Below are positions 25,200-28,716 of a stretch of 28,716 nt of DNA, in pieces. Each line of letters begins with the position of its first letter. The stretch's first letter is position 1. Below the pieces are notes generated by a model. It saw only the letters and a list, made by a program, of their open reading frames with translations, did no database searches and was not told the DNA's origin. Source of the DNA: a virus (taxonomy: Duplodnaviria > Caudoviricetes); the IMG/VR virus record IMGVR_UViG_3300025167_000048, positions 1 to 28,716 of that record. One strand, 5' to 3'. The translations under genes and the position numbers were made by a program.

Positions 25200-25340
25200 T
25201 GGTTCACCTCCTATCGATTCTCGTTTTAAGCTCTCCCACATTTTAAAGCTTATTTTTTGCTTCTTTAAATTGTTTAAGCCTATTTTTGGTTTATCGTTTA
25301 ACGAAAGGGATATAAACGGTTTGTGCAGATATGGTTACGC

Positions 25341-26630
25341 ATGCCCTCTGCCCTGCAGTCGTTTCTAAGTAGAATTCGCGGTGCTTTTCATGAGAGCGCC
25401 TTGTTTGTGTCTTCTACCGAGAAAGCCATGGGCGTTTCTTCTGCAATCAGTTTTAAGACTATGTCGATGGTTTACCAAGCTGATCTTGCAGCTCGCGCCA
25501 GCATCGATTTCCTTGCGGATCAGGTTGCTGGTCAGGGCTTCTATACTACGTACAATGAGGAGTACCAGGAGAAGAGTGATGGCAAGACCGCTAAGGAAAT
25601 TGTTGACGCGTTTTGTGAGCGCGTGGGCTTGGATGAGCGGTTGCAGGAGACAAGTCGTTATGCCATAGGTTGGGGTAACGTTTTTTGGTGGGTCGGCCAC
25701 AAACAGCGAATTGATTTTCTGAGAGTTATTCCGCTTGAAGTAATCAAGGACCGCGGGCTGAGGTTCAGCGAGGACGGCGTGGTCACGCAGTTTCTGCTTG
25801 ATTGGGACCGCGACCTCAAAGAGATCTCCGGGCAGGAACTGATCCATCTTCCGTACAATGTCATGTCTTCAAGCCCATTGGGGCTAGGTATTTTGCACAG
25901 CCTCTGTGCGCCCTTAGCCATCGGCAACGGTGAAACTCGCGAGCCCTTTTACCAAATTAAAGGGAAGCTTCACAGCGGCATGGCGGATACGATTTACACT
26001 TTTGGGGCGCCCAATGAAATTTACAGTTTTCCAGGCCTCGCGAAAGATAAGTTGGAAAAGGCTCAATCGGACATTAGGAACATTCCCCGTCGTGGCGCCA
26101 GATTCGTGTACAATCCGCCTGCAGGTTCTGAAGCGAAGGTTACTTCGGTTGTGGCTGAGCGCATGCGCGGGCTTGATTTCTACGTCGAAACGCTTGACGA
26201 TGAATTTGTTCTTGGCCTTCAGACGCCTTTGGCAAAATTGGTCACGAAAACGGGCTTTACAGAGGCCAGCGCGAATGCTGCGTTGGAGATCGCTGAACGT
26301 CGCGTGACCGCCTTGCAGCGCTTTCTTAAGCGTGGCGTTGAACGATACTTGTTTGATCCTGTCGTAGCAGCGGCCGGGTTAGATCCTGCACAAGCTACGG
26401 TCCGCCTTAATTGGGGTATGCCTGAGAGCCTCGACTATGAGAAGTTATCTCAAATTCTCGGGCAAATCACCGAGTTGTTGAAGGTCAATCCGAACATTAT
26501 CGGAACTACGGAGCTCCGCAAGATCTTACGAGAAGTGGCTAAACTGCCATTGGACGAAGAGGATCCTGAGGCGGAGCTAGCTTCACGAGTATTACCGAAA
26601 CAAAAAGAGGAACAGAAGCAAAATGCGTGA
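25341..26630 (+). CDS. Portal protein
   Basis: 'IDFLADQVAGQGF', 'GWGNVFW', 'ELIHL...PLGLGIL', 'LGLQTP' and 'VTALQRFLKRGVE' portal pattern; upstream of the protease. Confidence 0.85.
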   Translation: MPSALQSFLSRIRGAFHESALFVSSTEKAMGVSSAISFKTMSMVYQADLAARASIDFLADQVAGQGFYTTYNEEYQEKSDGKTAKEIVDAFCERVGLDERLQETSRYAIGWGNVFWWVGHKQRIDFLRVIPLEVIKDRGLRFSEDGVVTQFLLDWDRDLKEISGQELIHLPYNVMSSSPLGLGILHSLCAPLAIGNGETREPFYQIKGKLHSGMADTIYTFGAPNEIYSFPGLAKDKLEKAQSDIRNIPRRGARFVYNPPAGSEAKVTSVVAERMRGLDFYVETLDDEFVLGLQTPLAKLVTKTGFTEASANAALEIAERRVTALQRFLKRGVERYLFDPVVAAAGLDPAQATVRLNWGMPESLDYEKLSQILGQITELLKVNPNIIGTTELRKILREVAKLPLDEEDPEAELASRVLPKQKEEQKQNA

Positions 26631-26754
26631 TTTTCTCAAGAAGTATGTGCCTCCGCTGTCGCATGCGCAAGTGGAGGAGATTTTGGCAGAGCACGAGCGT
26701 ATTGTGGCTGCCGCAATCGAGGATGTTAAAACGCATTCAACTCGGCGGAGGTGA
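26623..26754 (+). CDS. 43-aa hypothetical protein (not in the ORF track)
   Basis: MRDFLKKYVPPLSHAQVEEILAEHERIVAAAIEDVKTHSTRRR fills the gap between portal and protease. Confidence 0.5.
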   Translation: MRDFLKKYVPPLSHAQVEEILAEHERIVAAAIEDVKTHSTRRR

Positions 26755-26759
26755 AAACA

Positions 26760-27926
26760 ATGCCATTTGCAGAGTATGAGAATTTCGAGGATTGTGTGAA
26801 CAAGAATAGTGACGAGAAGGATCCAGCAGCGTATTGTGCGACGATTCAGCGGAAGGCAGAGCGGACAGAGTCGTTGCGGACTTTCCTGTTTGCTGAGAAA
26901 ATCGGTTTGGAAGGCAACGTTGTGAAAGGTGTTGCGATACATCCGAAGGTGATTTGGCATCCTGAGGAAGGCGTTAACTGGAAGGCGAAGCATGATTATC
27001 AGCGGGACGAGCTGAAGAAAGCGGCTGAAAGCCTATCGGGCAAGCCCTTCGGCATCAATCACATGCGGTTGCTTCCGGCGCCGAACAGGGTTTCGAGGAG
27101 CTGGTGGGATGAACAGCAGAACGGTGTAGCGTTTGAGGGCACAGTTGATGATGATGTAGCGGGCAAGATTCGCGAAGGAAAATTCAGAGGCTTAAGCGTC
27201 GAATGCGATTGGATGAAGCCAGGCAAATACGTGATGCTGGAGAAAACTGACAGTGGTGTCGCAATGAAAAACTTTGATTTGACAAGTGTGCATTTCTTGG
27301 ATCGCTTTCCGCCTGGCGATAGGGAAGCCTACGTGGAAATGTGGGAGGGCATTGTGTTGCCTGTTGTTCCGCCGCCTATTGATGTGCAGATTAACATGAT
27401 TCGCGAGCTTTTCGAGGAGCGGTTGCGGTTCTTGGAGGGGCAGGTTGCAGCAATGTCTCAGAATGCTGGAACGTTAGGTTTGCAGTCGCCTGCGATCGTG
27501 ATTTTCAAAGAGGCTGAAGCGAAGTTCACTTCAGAGGTTGGCGAGCTTAGGACTGTTGTTGGCACGCTGGATAAGCTGAAAGAAGCCTATGTTGCGGAGA
27601 AAACGGTTGTTGAAGGAAAGAAAGCCGGATTCGATGGCGCCTTGAAACTGATGGCCGAACGGTTGAATACTCCGCCTCCGCCTGAATCTGATGCTATCGT
27701 GGCGGTTCGCAAGGAGAAAGTGGCTTTGGAAGCTCGAGTGGCTGACGCTGAAGGGAAGTTGACGCGGGAAACGAATGTTGCAGAGCAGAAGTATCGTGTG
27801 TTGCATAAGGCCTTGGTTGAGTCAATTCCGTACCCGCACATCTGGAACATTCGTTTCCCAGGTCCTAAACGCATGGTGCAAGCGCAACTTGGCATCCTCG
27901 GCGTGCAACCTGGTGATTTCGAGTAG
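26760..27926 (+). CDS. Prohead protease fused to a coiled-coil scaffold
   Basis: GGAGGTGA SD; 'ELKKAAESLSGKPFGINH' (His) and 'GKFRGLSVE' (Ser); C-terminal coiled coil. Confidence 0.8.
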   Translation: MPFAEYENFEDCVNKNSDEKDPAAYCATIQRKAERTESLRTFLFAEKIGLEGNVVKGVAIHPKVIWHPEEGVNWKAKHDYQRDELKKAAESLSGKPFGINHMRLLPAPNRVSRSWWDEQQNGVAFEGTVDDDVAGKIREGKFRGLSVECDWMKPGKYVMLEKTDSGVAMKNFDLTSVHFLDRFPPGDREAYVEMWEGIVLPVVPPPIDVQINMIRELFEERLRFLEGQVAAMSQNAGTLGLQSPAIVIFKEAEAKFTSEVGELRTVVGTLDKLKEAYVAEKTVVEGKKAGFDGALKLMAERLNTPPPPESDAIVAVRKEKVALEARVADAEGKLTRETNVAEQKYRVLHKALVESIPYPHIWNIRFPGPKRMVQAQLGILGVQPGDFE

Positions 27927-28143
27927 GTGGTTTGAATGCCGACTGGAAGCTATTGCGTATCGGAGAAGACAACTGTAATTTCTCTTCGCACCTCCAAGGC
28001 TTCTCTAGTGCCTTCCGCCACTATTTCAGGCACCAAATCCTGCAAGACTTCTGGAGGCGAATAGTTCACAGTCAAAAGATCATGACCCTTAGTACCAAGG
28101 ACGAACTTGGGAAAAGGAATAAAAAAATGGAGAAGGAAAATAC

Positions 28144-28557
28144 ATGGCAGATTTGAGTGGACGAACCGATTTGGCAGTTGGAGACCCAGCTGACTTAGCT
28201 CATGTTATCGAGGATTACGAGTGTGAAGCCGCCGTTACCAAGGGGCAAGTAGTGTACATGAGTTCTGCGGGAAAAATTAGTCCTACGACCGTAGCAGCCG
28301 AAATAGGGATCGGCGTTGCAACGATGACTAAAGCAATCGGAGAAATGTGCCCCGTACTAGTTTCGGGAAAAATCAAAGTGACAGCAGGTGGCGCGATCGC
28401 GTTAAGTGGGTCAGTACGAGGATCCACAGCTGGAAAAGTCATAGCTAACGCTTACGCCGCTGACATAACAATGGTTGACAAAAATCTTGGAAATCTCTGT
28501 CATACCGCGGCTGCCGCTGATGCTGACCTTATCCTCATCAAGGTGAACCGAAGATGA
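28144..28557 (+). CDS. Capsid cement/decoration protein (DUF2190-like)
   Basis: 'AAVTKGQVV...IGVA...GEMCPVLVSG.IKVTAGGAI' pattern directly upstream of the MCP. Confidence 0.75.
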   Translation: MADLSGRTDLAVGDPADLAHVIEDYECEAAVTKGQVVYMSSAGKISPTTVAAEIGIGVATMTKAIGEMCPVLVSGKIKVTAGGAIALSGSVRGSTAGKVIANAYAADITMVDKNLGNLCHTAAAADADLILIKVNRR

Positions 28558-28568
28558 GAGAAATTCCG

Positions 28569-28716
28569 ATGCCAAAATTCCATGAGGCGCTCATGGATAA
28601 AGACGAAGAGTACCGCTTGGAATTCGAAGGCATGGCTAAACGCGCTGGCAGCAACCCGTGGATAAACCAGTACTGCCGCTTGGGCATGAAGGAAGGCATT
28701 TTCAGCGAAATGGCGG
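28569..28716 (+). CDS. Major capsid protein, N-terminal part (3' truncated)
   Basis: MPKFHEALMDKDEEYRLEFEGMAKRAGSNPWINQYCRLGMKEGIFSEMA is open to the window end, follows the cement gene and complements the headless MCP at nt 2-709. Confidence 0.7.
   Translation, partial: MPKFHEALMDKDEEYRLEFEGMAKRAGSNPWINQYCRLGMKEGIFSEMA

Overview
This window looks like a nearly complete, circularly permuted genome (about 28.7 kb) of a tailed, siphovirus-like archaeal virus (Caudoviricetes). Archaeal signals include TATA/BRE-type promoters, GGAGGTGA ribosome-binding sites and an oligo-T terminator. From memory the proteins resemble Bathyarchaeia proviruses, which I have not verified. The HK97-type major capsid gene is split across the two ends of the window. 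Head genes (portal, protease-scaffold, cement, MCP) lead into neck and tail genes: adaptor, a head-closure protein fused to a large helical domain, a frameshifted tail terminator, tail tube, a chaperone with a hidden -1 frameshift, a very short tape measure and a hub. Terminase genes follow. The accessory half encodes an ABC-ATPase/GNAT fusion, an ASCH protein, a ParB-HTH chimera, two AbrB regulators, a multi-wHTH PD-(D/E)xK nuclease, an atypical radical-SAM protein, a HerA-like ATPase, a second nuclease and a Mom-like GNAT. I found no integrase, polymerase, primase, tRNA or CRISPR array. Main leads: (1) a 28-bp 11-6-11 inverted repeat with dif/Xer-like geometry, whose half-site ATGTACGTRGT is strongly over-represented across the genome; (2) a putative nucleic-acid acylation write/erase/restrict system. 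All protein calls come from motif reading by eye, not database searches.
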